Assembly: GCF_006345805.1 (NCBI RefSeq) | Contig: NC_043000.1 | Coordinates: 138,570,001 to 138,634,000 of the forward strand | Direction: 5' to 3' | Origin: Octopus sinensis | Lineage: Eukaryota | Length of the DNA: 64,000 nt | Part shown: one piece after another, positions 38,799 through 51,564 of the stretch | How the letters are laid out: each line of letters opens with the position of its first letter | Position numbering within the stretch: the stretch's first letter is position 1 | The notes under the pieces: model-generated | What the model was told of the DNA's origin: nothing | Databases searched by the model: none | The model's input: the letters and a program-made list of their open reading frames with translations, nothing else | Position numbers and translations under genes: made by a program

Positions 38799-39774
38799 AA
38801 AAGGCCTCTCGCTTAGAGTAAAAGGCAGACTGTATGATGCATGTGTACGAACAGCCATGCTACATGGCAGTGAAACATGGGCCGTGACTGCTGAGGATAT
38901 GTGTAAGCTCACAAGAAATGAAGCCAGTATGCTCCGATGGATGTGTAATGTGAGTGTTCATACTCGACAGAGTGTAAGTACCTTGGGAGAAAAGCTGGAC
39001 CTAAGAAGCATCAATTGTGGTGTGCAAGAAAGACGTCTGTGCTGGTATGGTCATGTGGCGAGAATGGATGAAGATAGTTGTGTGAAAAAGTGCCACACCC
39101 TAGCGGTTGAGGTAACCTGTGGAAGAGGCAGACCCAGGAAAACCTGAGACGATGTGGTGAAGCACGACCTTCGAATTTTAGGTCTCACTGAGGAAATGAC
39201 TCGAGACCGAGACCTTTGGAAGTATGCTGTACGTGAGAAGACCCAGCAGGACAAGTGAGACCATAACCCGTGGCCGCTACATGGGATGTAGCCAGTCCAC
39301 TTATGCACACCTTTCCTTCTTGGGACACAAAACTCTGCTTGTGACGATCTGTTGAGGCAAGTGAGAATCGAAATCAATCAACATCAATGGAAATTGCAGC
39401 TGTGATACCAGTGCCGGTGGCACGTAAGAGAACCATCTGAATGTGGCCATTGCCAGCCCCGCTCCGACTGGCCTCGTGCCAGTGGCACATAAAAAGCATC
39501 ATCCGTTCGTGGCCGTTGCCAGCCTCACCTGGCCCCCGTGCCGGTGGCATGTAAAAGCACCATCCAATCGTGGTCGTTTGCCAGACTTGTCTGGCACGTA
39601 AAAAGCACCCACTACACTCACGGAGTGGTTGGCGTTAGGAAGGGCATCCAGCCGTAGAAACATTGCCAGATCAGACTGGGTCTGGTGCAGCCTTCTGGCT
39701 TCCCAGACCCCAGTTGAACCATCCAACCCATGCTAGCATGGAAAGCGGACGCTAAACGATGATGATGATGATGA
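38799..39774 (+). mobile_element. 5'-truncated RTE LINE: ORF2 C-terminus, 3'UTR with 3 hairpin repeats, (GAT)n tail
   Basis: KGLSLRVKGRLYDACVRTAMLHGSETW...WYGHVARM...RGRPRKT; near-identical to 8071-8793 over the shared part. Confidence 0.92.
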
Positions 39775-39799
39775 TATATATATATATATATATGGTTCC

Positions 39800-40340
39800 T
39801 CTGCTTCTACTTCTCTCTCTTCTCTTCCCCCATGACCGATCACCAGACTTTTTGCTCTTTCTTTCTGGGTCTGACCATGGTCCGTGCAACTTTGATATTC
39901 TTCCCTATGTCTGTAAAATTTTTGTATCTCTACTATAAGGCTTCATTTCCACATGCACCAGCTTAATTCAATTCGTCCATAGTCGAAAGACACCTGTTGT
40001 TATGTCCTGTTATTATTTTTATTGCACTTTTTTATTGTATTTATATTTGTGTAACACTGTCTGTTTTTTCCGTCCTTGTTTGTGTATACATTCGATGCTT
40101 CCTTCCAAGGAATCTAATGCTCTTAGCTTAGTTTTTCCTTGGGGCTGGCTAGATTGGAGCAATCTCAAGAATAACAAGCTGAAATTGCGAGGATAATCTG
40201 ATTCTTGACTGAAGATAGAAAACTTCGAATGACCCGTCCTTGTTTTCTTTGTATCATCTATCTGGATGTTTTGTTGTCCCTTTTTGTATCACCTAGTTGT
40301 CTGGATGTTTTGCATTCTTGTTCCATTTGTATTTTATATA
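39800..40340 (+). mobile_element. Penelope-like remnant, related in inverted orientation to 42425-43130
   Basis: Shared motifs AAAGACACCTGTTGTTAT and TTGACTGA(A/G)GA...CGAATGACCC; family inferred from T-rich pLTR-like composition. Confidence 0.45.
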
Positions 40341-40409
40341 TGTGTATTGTATTTTATATATACATATATATATATACATATATATATATGTATATATATG
40401 TATATATAT

Positions 40410-40587
40410 GCTGGTGGCACGTAAAAAGCACCCACTACACTCACGGAGTGGTTGGCGTAGGAAGGGCATCCAGCTGTAGAAACTCTGCTAGATCAAGATT
40501 GGAGCCTGGTGAAGCCATCTGGTTCGCCAGCCCTCAGTCAAAATCATCCAACCCATGCTAGCATGGAAAGTGGACGTTAAACGATGA

Positions 40588-40590
<3 letters not shown>
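40410..40590 (+). mobile_element. RTE 3' tail fragment
   Basis: GGCACGTAAAAAGCACCCACTACAC...GATGATGA. Confidence 0.85.
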
Positions 40591-40622
<32 letters not shown>

Positions 40623-40670
40623 CATATGTATGTGTATGTGTTTTTATATGTATATACATGTGTATATATA

Positions 40671-41415
40671 TAGAATGTTCAGGCTAAATGTGATGATCTT
40701 TTATGTTTTCTTTCTTCAGGAATTGCTTGATATATTGGTAAACAGTTGATGGCATTGGAGAGTATATAGATTGAAGTTAATGTTGAGAAAAAAGTTAGTT
40801 GACTTGGAGGATTGGAAACCATCTGAATATTGGAAAAGAGAGTTACTTCTATCATGATGATTCAAGCTGTGTATCAAAATGCTGATATCACGACTGCTGT
40901 TCAATGCTCTGTAATCACTGTAAAGGCTGTAAATGATATGGGCATCATGAAATCCAGGTTCCCCTACACTGCAATGGTGTTTGGGTGTGTCTCCAGTGAG
41001 GTTGATATTATGCCACTCCAGCTTCTTTGAATAGGGTTTTAGGCTCCATTCAGACAGTTATATGAAGCTGCTGGAGACTGTGGTCAAACCCTGCTTAGGT
41101 TGTTGCTGGAAAGCTATATGTGTCGCAGCAGGATTCATTCTGCTTCCAACACCAAGGCCAAACTGGTGGCCAAAATCCAGGATGGTGTTCAAAGATCTTC
41201 CCAAGGACACAGTGAGGAACACATGTGCCAAATTCTAGAACTGTGTCATCTTGAGGTTGTGGTGGAAGCTTAGGGTGGCTACTCTGAATAAACTATTATC
41301 TTATAGCCATAATCTAGTTAATACATTTTGATTTTTTTTAAATATGCTGTTTTTGAATGGGATAGTGACTTCTTTTTCCTTTAGCCAATCTGTCAAATTT
41401 AGTCTGAACGCCCTG
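40671..41415 (+). mobile_element. Internally deleted Tc1/mariner (maT/DD37D-like) element, copy 1
   Basis: Imperfect TIRs GAATGTTCAGGCTAAATGTGA / TCAAATTTAGTCTGAACGCCCTG; transposase fragment KSRFPYTAMVFGCVSSE..IMP and KLLETVVKP. Confidence 0.75.
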
Positions 41416-41487
41416 TATATATATATATATATATGTATGTGTATATTTATATATATATAAGTATGTGTGTATGTGTATGTATATATA

Positions 41488-41520
<33 letters not shown>

Positions 41521-41572
41521 CATACATATGTATGTGTATGTGTTTTTATATGTATATACATGTGTATATATA

Positions 41573-42296
41573 TAGAATGTTCAGGCTAAATGTGATGATC
41601 TTTTATGTTTTCTTTCTTCAGGAATTGTCGCTTGATATATTGGTAAACAGTTGATGGAATTGGAGAGTATATAGATTGAAGTTATTGTTGAGAAAAAAGT
41701 TAGTTGACTTGGAGGATTGGAAACCATCTGAATATTGGAAAATAGTTACTTCTATCATGATGATTCAAGCTGGGTATCAAAATGCTGATATCATGACTGT
41801 TGTTCAATTCTCTGTAATCACTGTAAAGGCTGTAAAATCATATGGAAATCATGAAATTCAGGTTCCTCTACACTGCAATGGTGTTTGGGTGTATCTCCAG
41901 TGAGGGTAATATTATGCCACCTCACTTCTTTGAATAGGGCTTTAGGCTCCATTCAAACAGTTATGTGCAGCTGCTGGAGACTGTGGTCAAACCCTGCTTA
42001 GGTTGTTGCTGGAACGCTATATGTGTGGCAGCAAAGGCCAAACTGGTGGCCAAGATCGAGGATGGTGTTCAAAGATCTTTCCAAGGACAGAGTGAGGAAC
42101 ACAAGTGCCAAGTTCTAGAACTGTGTCATCTTGAGGTTGTGGTGGAAGCTGAGGGTGACTACTTCGAATAAACTATTATCTTATAGCCATAATCTAGTTA
42201 ATACATTTTGATTTTTTTTTAAATATGCTGTTTTTGAATGGGATAGTGACTTCTTTTTCCTTTAGCCAATCTGTCAAATTTAGTCTGAACGCCCTG
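41573..42296 (+). mobile_element. Same element, tandem copy 2
   Basis: Duplicate of 40671-41415 including the flanking microsatellites. Confidence 0.8.
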
Positions 42297-42356
42297 TATA
42301 TATATATATATATATGTATGTGTATATTTATATATATATAAGTATGTGTGTATGTG

Positions 42357-42393
<37 letters not shown>

Positions 42394-43149
42394 ATGTATA
42401 TATATATGTGTATATATATGTATGCATATAAAAATGGAACAAAAATGCAATAGAGGACATTAAAACATTCGGACTGATAGACGATACAAAGGCAGACAAG
42501 AGAAACCACAATTGGAAGGACAAGCAAAAAGGTGGGTCATTCGTGGCTTTCTTTCCTCAGTCAAGTTCCAGAAGTCACGACAATTTCAGGCAGTTACATT
42601 TGAGATTGTTTGATCCGGTTGCCCCCAAAAATGTCTAAGCAAAGAGCATTTGTAAGAAAGCTAGTGAATGTGTACAGCAACAAAGACAAAAAAATCAAAC
42701 AAATAAAAAACGGAGAACATGGTACACAATTACAAATACAAACAACAAAAAATAACAACAGGTGTCTTTTGACTGAGAATGAATCAAATTGAGCTGGTGT
42801 GTATGAAGTGAAAGCTGAAAGGCAGAAACATAGGAGATGGACATAAGAGGTGTTGGTGGTCAGCAGTCAGACCAAGAAAGAAAGATCATAGCTGGCTGGA
42901 CACCGGTCACATAGAAGGAGGAGAGACGAGTAGGGGGCAGCGGGATTGAAGGATTAGAAAAAAATCAGAGACAAAAAGAAAGGTACAGGGGAGATAAACA
43001 AGTGGGAAATAGTGAGAGTTAAAGAAAGAGAGGGCTAAGAAATGTGAGAGAGGGGGAGCAAGAAAAAGGAGGAAAAATAAGAGAGGGAATAAAAGATAGA
43101 GTAAGAGTCGTACAAAATTTAGATACATACCTACAATAAGGTGAGCACA

Positions 43150-44122
43150 TTATCATCATCATCCTCATCATCATCATCATCATCAGCATCAACATCATTA
43201 TGATCATCATCATCATCAACGTCAACATCATTTAGTGCCTGTTTTCAATGCTGGCATGGGTTGGAGGTTTGACAGAAGCTGACCAGCTGAAGCGCAGCCC
43301 AGGTTCCTTGTCTCTTTTGACATGGTTTCTATGACTGGATGCTCTTCCTAATGCCAGCCACTTTACAGAGTGAGCTGGGTGCTCTTATGCAGTACCAGCA
43401 TGGGTGCTTTTACCCGACACCCATATGACTGCTTTTTATGTTGCACCGGCACTCATGAGACCACAAGATTAGGATTGCTCAGCAGAAGAAGAGGGATCTA
43501 GGGGACAAGCCTGTATGCAAGGACATGATTTTACTTAGTTTAACATGTCTTCCCAAGAACAGCAAATTACCAGGGGTTTCATTCCCCTCTTGTCCGTTCT
43601 GTTAGACCCAGCATCTGAAGATCCTTTCTTACCACTTCATCCTATATCTTCTTTGGTCAACCCTTTCCCAATGTTCCCTCTATAATTAGGGGTTGGTACC
43701 TCCTGATGCAACTGTCTTCATTCATATGCATTATATGACCATACCAGCACTGTCTTCTCTCTTGCACACTACAGCTGATGCCCTGCATATCAGTTTTTCT
43801 CTCAAATCATTTACACTCTGACGTATATACACACTGCTATATGTGTGTATATATATGTAAAAGCACCCATGCAGAGCCATGTAAAAGTGCCTGTGCAATG
43901 CTGCATAAAAGCACTCGTGTGGTACCACATAAAAGCACTTATGCGGTGCCACATAAAAGCACACAGCACACTCTGTAAAGTGGTTAGTGTTAGGAAGAGC
44001 ATCCAGCTGTAGAACCCATGATAAATCGGACTGGAGACTTAGGCAGCACCCCAGTTTGTCAGCTCTGATCAAACTGTCCAACCCATGCCAGCATGGACAA
44101 ACGACATTAAATGATGGTGATA
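43150..44122. mobile_element. Older RTE fragments in both orientations; 24-bp tandem array at 43856-43965
   Basis: (CAT)n tail and ORF2 remnant on -; tail on + with five (CA/TG)TAAAAG(CA/TG)C units. Confidence 0.7.
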
Positions 44123-44340
44123 TATTGCTAATATTTAATCATTCAAGATGCATGTGATGGTATAAAAACAATTTGTCAGTGCTTTGGGTGGAAATATCAT
44201 GTCACAAATTGCCTAAATGCTTCCTTGTCACAGATGCCATCATTAATGCATTGAGCCAACAATCAGCCTGTTGGGAATCTGTAACCAAAAATGCTGTTCT
44301 CCACAAACTATGATTTGAAATAAATAAGTAGTATTTATTT

Positions 44341-44651
44341 ATTTATGTGCCCTTTTCAAGCCTGGCCAGGCTCATGGGCCCAGTTTCTCGGTTTCTATAG
44401 CATATGTGTTCCCTCCAGCTGGACGGGACATCAGTCCATTGCAGCATTATTCAAGAAACAGGAAGAAAGAGTGAGAGAAAGTTGGGGGCGAAAGAGTACA
44501 ACAGGGGTTGTCACCACCCGCTGCCGGAGTGTCATGGGGCTTTAGGTGATTTTGCTCAATAAACACACACATCACCCGGTCTGGGAATCGAAAACGCGAT
44601 CCTCCAACTGTAAGTCCACTGCCATAACCACTGGGCCATTGCGCCTCCACA
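44341..44651 (-). mobile_element. SINE, head C + tail T2
   Basis: Head as at 38150-38321; tail as at 10450-10548; AAATAAGTAGTAT flanks both ends (44322, 44651). Confidence 0.85.
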
Positions 44652-46134
44652 AATAAGTAGTATAGCTATATGTTTATCATAGCTATATAGTTTATTAAAC
44701 AAAACATTGAAAACTTGACCTCAAGTGCTGATGAAGATCATCATGATCATATCACTTAAAATTCATTTCACCTGCATATGGCTTTCTACAGAAGTTTCAC
44801 AGCTCTATAGTTTTATATATATCTCTTGGAACTATATGCAGGATAATCAAATAGAAATATGAAAGAAATTGTCATCTTTATTCCCACCATCATTCTCACC
44901 ATCACCATCACCATCACCATCACCATCACCAACATCCTTATTTCATTTATCATCATTGCAAGATATTATTAATATTTTGATGTCAGCGAAGTAATACTCA
45001 CTCGCGGTTTTCTTTCCTAGCATTCACAACTTTTACAAGTATCAGACAGCTGTAAGACAACATGACATTTTGCTGTCATTGCATTTCAAGTGTATCCTGC
45101 ATTTTTGTTATATTTGCAATATTTATTGAATATTTGTAATGTAACTATTGGCTGGACATTTGTTAATCATTTCGAAACATTTGATTTAAACTTCCTTGTT
45201 AATTAGGCAATTGACTGTCATCTATCAACGTTTGGCATTGTGGAGATTTTTGTAATATCAGTTCACTTGCTCATCGTGACTACCTGCAACAGATTTATGA
45301 ATTGAAGACATCCAAGCTATAGAACATCATCAAATGAATAATACTGAATGAATTGGAATGCGTACACAATTGAAAAGATGTCCTTACATAATCCTCTTAG
45401 TTTTCCTTTGTATCATAATGCCCTTTTTTTCTTTCTTCCTCATCCTCAGCTTCCTTAAGGCTGTTTTCATTATCATCACATTCTAAGACTGCCACCATTT
45501 TATGTTTAATAATTGTAATCATTCTTGTCTATCACCATTCACCATTTATGTGTTTATCCTATCTGAGTTTCTATCTATATAAATAGAATCTTATTACAAC
45601 CCACTTGCGTTTTTAATCAACCTTAAGTTTATAATATTGTTTTTATATTTCTTACAGATAGATGATATTCTATTTCTTCCTCAGAAATACATAGAGATAC
45701 ATAGTAATTATTTTGCATACATATTTTTTTTTTTAATTGTATATTTTTCTGAGCAGAAATTGTTAAATTCCGTTGCCTGAATAAATTCAGAAATAATTCA
45801 TTTCATTCCTGATTTCCCAAGCAACCTAACCAATGCAATTACGCTTTACATTACTATAACACCTCACTGTCGTTTTTGAGTGAGAAAAACATTTAAATGG
45901 ACAAAAAGCACCAAACTAGTTAACACAAAAATATATAAATCTAATGTAGCCCACTCGATTTTCTAAAATTTGCAGTGAATCAAAGAAAATATTGGTTAAT
46001 GTAGTCATAGAAGTACATAGACTGGAAGAGAAAAATATAGCTGGAGCATATTTGATAATAAGTCTGCTTAACTGGAGCTAGCCAGGAGCTAAGCAACATA
46101 CAAGATCACACACAGCATTTGATATAGCACATTT

Positions 46135-46437
46135 TTGTTTGTTCCTTCTCAAGCCATGCCTGGCTCATAGGGCCTGTTTCCCGGTTTCATTGGCATATAG
46201 GTTTCCCACCTGGATGGGACACCAGTCCATTGCAGGTGAGCTGCAAGATGCAGGAAGAAAGAGTGAGGGCAAGTTGTGACAAAAGAATCAGCAGAAGTTT
46301 GCCATTACCTTCTGCTGGAGCCACATGGAGCTTAGGTGTTTCCCTCATAAACACACACATCGCCCGTTCTGAGATTCGATCCTGCGATCCCTCGACCACA
46401 AGTCTGCTGCTCTAAACACTAGGCCATGTGCCTCCAC
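46135..46437 (-). mobile_element. SINE, head C + tail T1
   Basis: Reverse complement of the 1612-1915 family; TGATATAGCAC duplicated at 46120 and 46438. Confidence 0.85.
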
Positions 46438-46499
46438 TGATATAGCACTTGGCCATATGGAACCAAGTATAAGTACGCAATATGGAACCAAGTATAAGT

Positions 46500-46908
46500 A
46501 CGCAGGAGTGGCTGTGTGGTAAGTAGCTTGCTAACCAACCACATGGTTCCGGGTTCAGTACCACTGCATGGCATCTTGGGCAAGTGTCTTCTGCTATAGC
46601 CCTGGGCCGACTAATGCCTTGTGAGTGGATTTAGTAGACGGAAACTGAAAGAAGCCTGTCGTATATATGTATGTATGTGTGTGTATGTTGTGTTTGTGTG
46701 TCTGTGTTTGTCCCCCTAGCATTGCTTGACAACCGATGCTGGTGTGTTTATGTCCCCGTAACTTAGCGGTTCGGCAAAAGAGACCGATAGAATAAGTACT
46801 GGGCTTACAAAAGAATAAGTCCTGGGGTCGAGTTGCTCGACTAAAGGCGGTGCTCCAGCATGGCCGCAGTCAAATGACTGAAACATGTAAAAAGAGTAAA
46901 AAAAGAGA
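46500..46908 (+). mobile_element. SINE A
   Basis: Full length. Confidence 0.92.
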
Positions 46909-47817
46909 ATAGGTTATAATGCTTATAGATTGTTCAAGCTCTGAGAGACAGTGTAATATGCATCATACAAATCAATGCAAAAAAGGAAGTTATTGCTTAT
47001 GCTGTTTATTTTCTTGTGAATTCCTTGTACAGTAGGTATACAAAAAAATTCTCTGTAGTAATTGGCTGTTTAACAGTGGTAAAGGGAGAATAACAATGAC
47101 AAATCTCATGCACTCTTGGATAAAGTGTGTCTGTTAGAAAAAGCCACTGGCTAGAAAGCAAAAGATGTATGGTGCGTAGAAGTGAAAGTGACTGATCCTT
47201 AATGTTCTGTGAGGGTTCGTATTTACACCTTTTAGAAAGCTGAATGTAAACAGAAAGTAAATTGCTTATCCATGTTAACCTACTTTTGACCCAATGATGC
47301 TAATTCAAACAATGGAACCAAAATAAGTGTGAAAAGGGACCTCATAAAATTCCTAAGTACTTATACCACAAACAATGGAAAATTCTCAAAGAAAAATTCA
47401 GACTAAGGTTTTAATTCCTGGCTAAGAATCCAAGAAACGATTTTTCATGTGTATCCAGGGGGAAGTTCCAGGTGTAGAAGCGAGGTCTAGAATCGAAGGG
47501 CCTTTCCTCAGGCCAGTGGAAATTCAGACATCACTGGTGCCAAGCTATATCAACCGTTGCCTTTCCCTTGGATATCGTTCATGGCATGCAGAGAGGAGAC
47601 TGGTATGCATGGATGACTGCTGGTCTTCCATAAAGAACACTGCCCAGACTTGTACCTTGGAAGGTAACTTTCTAGGTGCAATCCCATGGTCATTCATGAC
47701 TGAAGGGGGTCCATATTTAAAAAAAAAACATCCAACAGATCATGCTTCAGATTTAATATTCCTGAAATAAAATAAAAGAGATGAGATCATCATGATAGCA
47801 CTCATTTATTTGTGCCA

Positions 47818-49610
47818 TCTGTGTGGTAAATAGCTTGCTTACGAACCACATGGTTTCTAGTTCCTTCCCACTGCGGGGCACTTTGGGCAAGTATCTTCTA
47901 CTTCAAAGCCTTGTGATTGGATTTGGTAGACGGAAACTGGAAAAAGCCCGTCGCATATATGTATATATATGTACGTGTGTGTATATGTTTGCATATCGGT
48001 GTTTGTCCCGCACCCCAACATTGGTTGACAACCGATGGTGGTGTGTTTACGTCCCTGTAACTTAGCGGTTCGGCAAAAAGAGACCGATAGAATAAGTTGT
48101 AGGCTTTCAAGGAATAAGTCCTGTGGTCGATTTGCTCGACTAAAAGCGGTGCTCCAGCATGGCCGCAGTCAAATGGCTGAAACAAATAAAAGAGTGAAAG
48201 AGTAATATCTTATCTACTATAATATTTGCTGAACTCGATTCTCTAAGGATGGTACTACTCTAAATGCCTTTTTCTCCACACCTGCACCAGTACACACAAT
48301 CTCTACACCTTAAATCTGAAATCTAGAATAAAGGAGATCTTATGAATAAGCTTCAATCAGCACCAACATACAGATTTTGAGGAAAATAATAAAGAATGTC
48401 TAAAAGACCTCCTGCCAAGAGCATTCCAACCATCCATAACAAGCATTTTTTAAAATCTTGAAGCATATTATATCTAGCACTATTCAATGTATACTCTTTT
48501 ACGCTTTTACTTGTTTCAGTCATTTGACTGTGGCCATGCTGGAGCACTGCCTTTAATCGAGCAACTCGACCCCAGAACTTATTCTTTTGTAAGCCCAGTA
48601 CTTATTCTATCGGTCTCTTTTGCTAAACCGCTAAGTAATGGGGACATAAACACACCGGCATCGGTTGTCAAGCAATGCTAGGGGGACAAACACAGACACA
48701 CAAACACACACACGCATATATATATATATATACATATATACGACGGGCTTCTTTCAGTTTCCGTCTACCAAATCCACTCACAAAGCTTTGGTCGACCCAA
48801 AGCTATAGTAGAAGACACTTGCCCAAGGTCCCACGCAGTGTGACTGAACCCGGAACCATGTGGTTGGTAAACAAGCTACTTACCACACAGCCACTCCTGC
48901 GCCTATACTTCGTTTTTCATAAAGATAGTAAGGTACAGTTTGGGAGTGATTTGGTTGGTACTTTTAAGTGGTCTAATATCCTGTTGATGCTTGTGAAAAA
49001 TGTTTTCAAATCAAGTCAAAATAATCAAAGTCCTGTCGAGTGAATTATACCTGTGTGAATTATGAGAAGAAAAGAATATACAAGCATATTTTGGAAGCTG
49101 TTGGTAAACTATGGATTCATGTCATAAAGCAGATAAGAAATAGATAATTTTCTCCTGAATAGGATATCAGCCACACATATTTAACTCCTCCTACATATTC
49201 TCTTTACTCTTTTACTTGTTCCAGTCATTTGACTGCGGCCATGCTGGAGCAACGCCTTTAGTTGAGCAAATCGACCCTGGGACTTATTCTTTGTAAGCCC
49301 AGTACTTATTCTATCGGTCTCTTTTTGCCGAACCGCTAAGTGACGGGGACATAAACACACCTGCATCAGTTGTCAAGCAATGCTAGGGGGACAAACATAG
49401 ACACACAAACACACACGCACACACATATATATATATACATATATACGACGGGCTTCTTTCAGTTTCCATCAACCAAATCCACTCACAAGGCTTTGGTCGG
49501 CCCGAGGCTATAGTAGAAGACACTTGCCCAAGGTGCCACGCAGTGGGACTGAACCCGGAACCATGTGGTTGGTAAGCAAGCTACTTACCACACAGCCACT
49601 CCTGCGCCTA
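47818..49610. mobile_element. Cluster of three SINE A copies (47818-48203 +, 48493-48905 -, 49198-49610 -)
   Basis: Family A bodies. Confidence 0.9.
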
Positions 49611-49651
49611 CATAGTGTATCATCAACTTATGTTAGTACATAAACTAAAAC

Positions 49652-49683
<32 letters not shown>

Positions 49684-50238
49684 ACATCATCATCATCATC
49701 ATTATCATCATCATTTAACATTTGCTTTCCTTGCTGGCCTGGGTAGGACAGTTTGACAGGAATTTGCAAGTAAGAAGATTGCACCAAGCTCTACTATCTT
49801 TTTTTTTTTTTTTTTTGGCATGGTTTCTAGGGTTCGATGCCTTCCCTAACACCTGCAGGGAATAAAAGTATCACATCAATATACAAGAAAATGCATGAAG
49901 TGAATTTCACCTGGAGACAATTCAGCTGAAATATAATATCTGTCTATAAAACCAATGATAGGGATTTTACACGGTTGCGCAACTATCTGAAATCAGAAGA
50001 CACATTACATGAAGTAGATCTAAAAGGAAAACAGGTTGGTCATGGATGGAATGCATTTGCTCATAGATTTGTTCAACTGACTCCTATCATATACTGACTT
50101 GATCATTTTACATTTATGAATAGTCAATTTTTATTATAATTCGTTTTGCAAGGTACTTGATGTGATATCGTGTGTTGAAACAGATATTGTTGTATTTCGG
50201 GTTGGTCATTTTATTTGGGGATGGTCATTTTATTTATT

Positions 50239-50636
50239 ACTAGCAGTATCGCCTGGCGTTGCTTGGGTTTGTAAGGGAAATAACTATATAAGCATTTTTA
50301 GAAATGTGAAGTATAATAGCCATCTCAATATGGCTAACCACAAAGGAGGGGTGTTACTGTAGCTTTTTACGTTCTGAGATTTAATAATAAATTTTTAGAG
50401 AGTTACTTCCCTTATATATGCTAAAAATGCATTAAAAATGGAAAAAATTGATGGTAAATTTTTTTTTAAATCGTAGACTCATCGTAGACACGCGCTAATA
50501 CCCAGAAGGGCTCGATATGAATCACGACTATAAGATACCCGGTTTTGGTTAAACTGCACCACAAAATGTGGGAGTAGTTAGGAATCTAAATCATAGGAGA
50601 CAGACAGCACACAACCCTACTTTTATATATAAAGAT
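50239..50636 (+). mobile_element. HINE/DINE-1-like element
   Basis: Homologous to 16708-17100; inserted in a T-rich site. Confidence 0.75.
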
Positions 50637-51294
50637 TTATTTTTTTGCCAAATAATCACATGTACTATATATATATTCTTTTTTCCTTCACTCATTTATT
50701 ACTGTTATTTTATTATTGTAATGCCTGTCCATTGTCCGGAAATCTTTCGTCATACATCTGTAACCTCTTTAGCGGAACTTTTCATTTCCGTGTGTGTTCT
50801 TGCTCCACTTGCTCCATTCTCTAGTGGTGTTTTTAAATAGTTGGATATCTAATACTTGAAAAGGAATAGAATAAACTGTTGATTCGCATATTTATTTTTA
50901 ATACCTTCCGGCAGATTCATAAGCAAATATGCTAAGTGCTGTTGTGCTTGTCACAGGAGAACAGCTTCTCGTTTATGAAAAATATGTGTTCATTGTATGC
51001 TCGATTTGTTAGTAAAAGGGATTCTGAGACACCAGTGTTTTGACATATTGTGTCTCCTCAGCCAGAAACACCAGGACGGATGAAACTAACAAGAGCTAAT
51101 GGTCTTGTTTATAATTTCACTGAATAAAACAGTCAAATAAACACGACTTGGGACACCAGCTCAAAAGCTTTGATTCCAGAGAGAACCTCTAAACGATTAT
51201 TTTACATGCTAAAAATAACAACCAAATCTCACTAAAATCACATCTTGTTATCTTAAAAAAGGAGAAAACTCATTAACAGCACAATTTAGTTAAC

Positions 51295-51530
51295 CGTGCC
51301 GGTGGCACGTAAGAAGCACCATCCGATCGTGGCCGTTTGCCAGCCTCGTCTGGCACCTGTGCCAGTGGCACGTAAAAAGCACCCACTACACTCACAGAGT
51401 GGTTGGCGTTAGGAAGGGCATCCAGCTGTCGAAACACTGCCAGATCAGACTGGGCCTGGTGCAGCCTTCTGGCTTCCCAGACCCCAGTTGAACCGTCTAA
51501 CCTTGCTAGCATGGAAAGCGGACGTTAAAC

Positions 51531-51563
<33 letters not shown>
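51295..51563 (+). mobile_element. RTE 3'UTR fragment with (GAT)n tail
   Basis: Matches 39540-39774. Confidence 0.9.
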
Positions 51564-51564
<1 letters not shown>

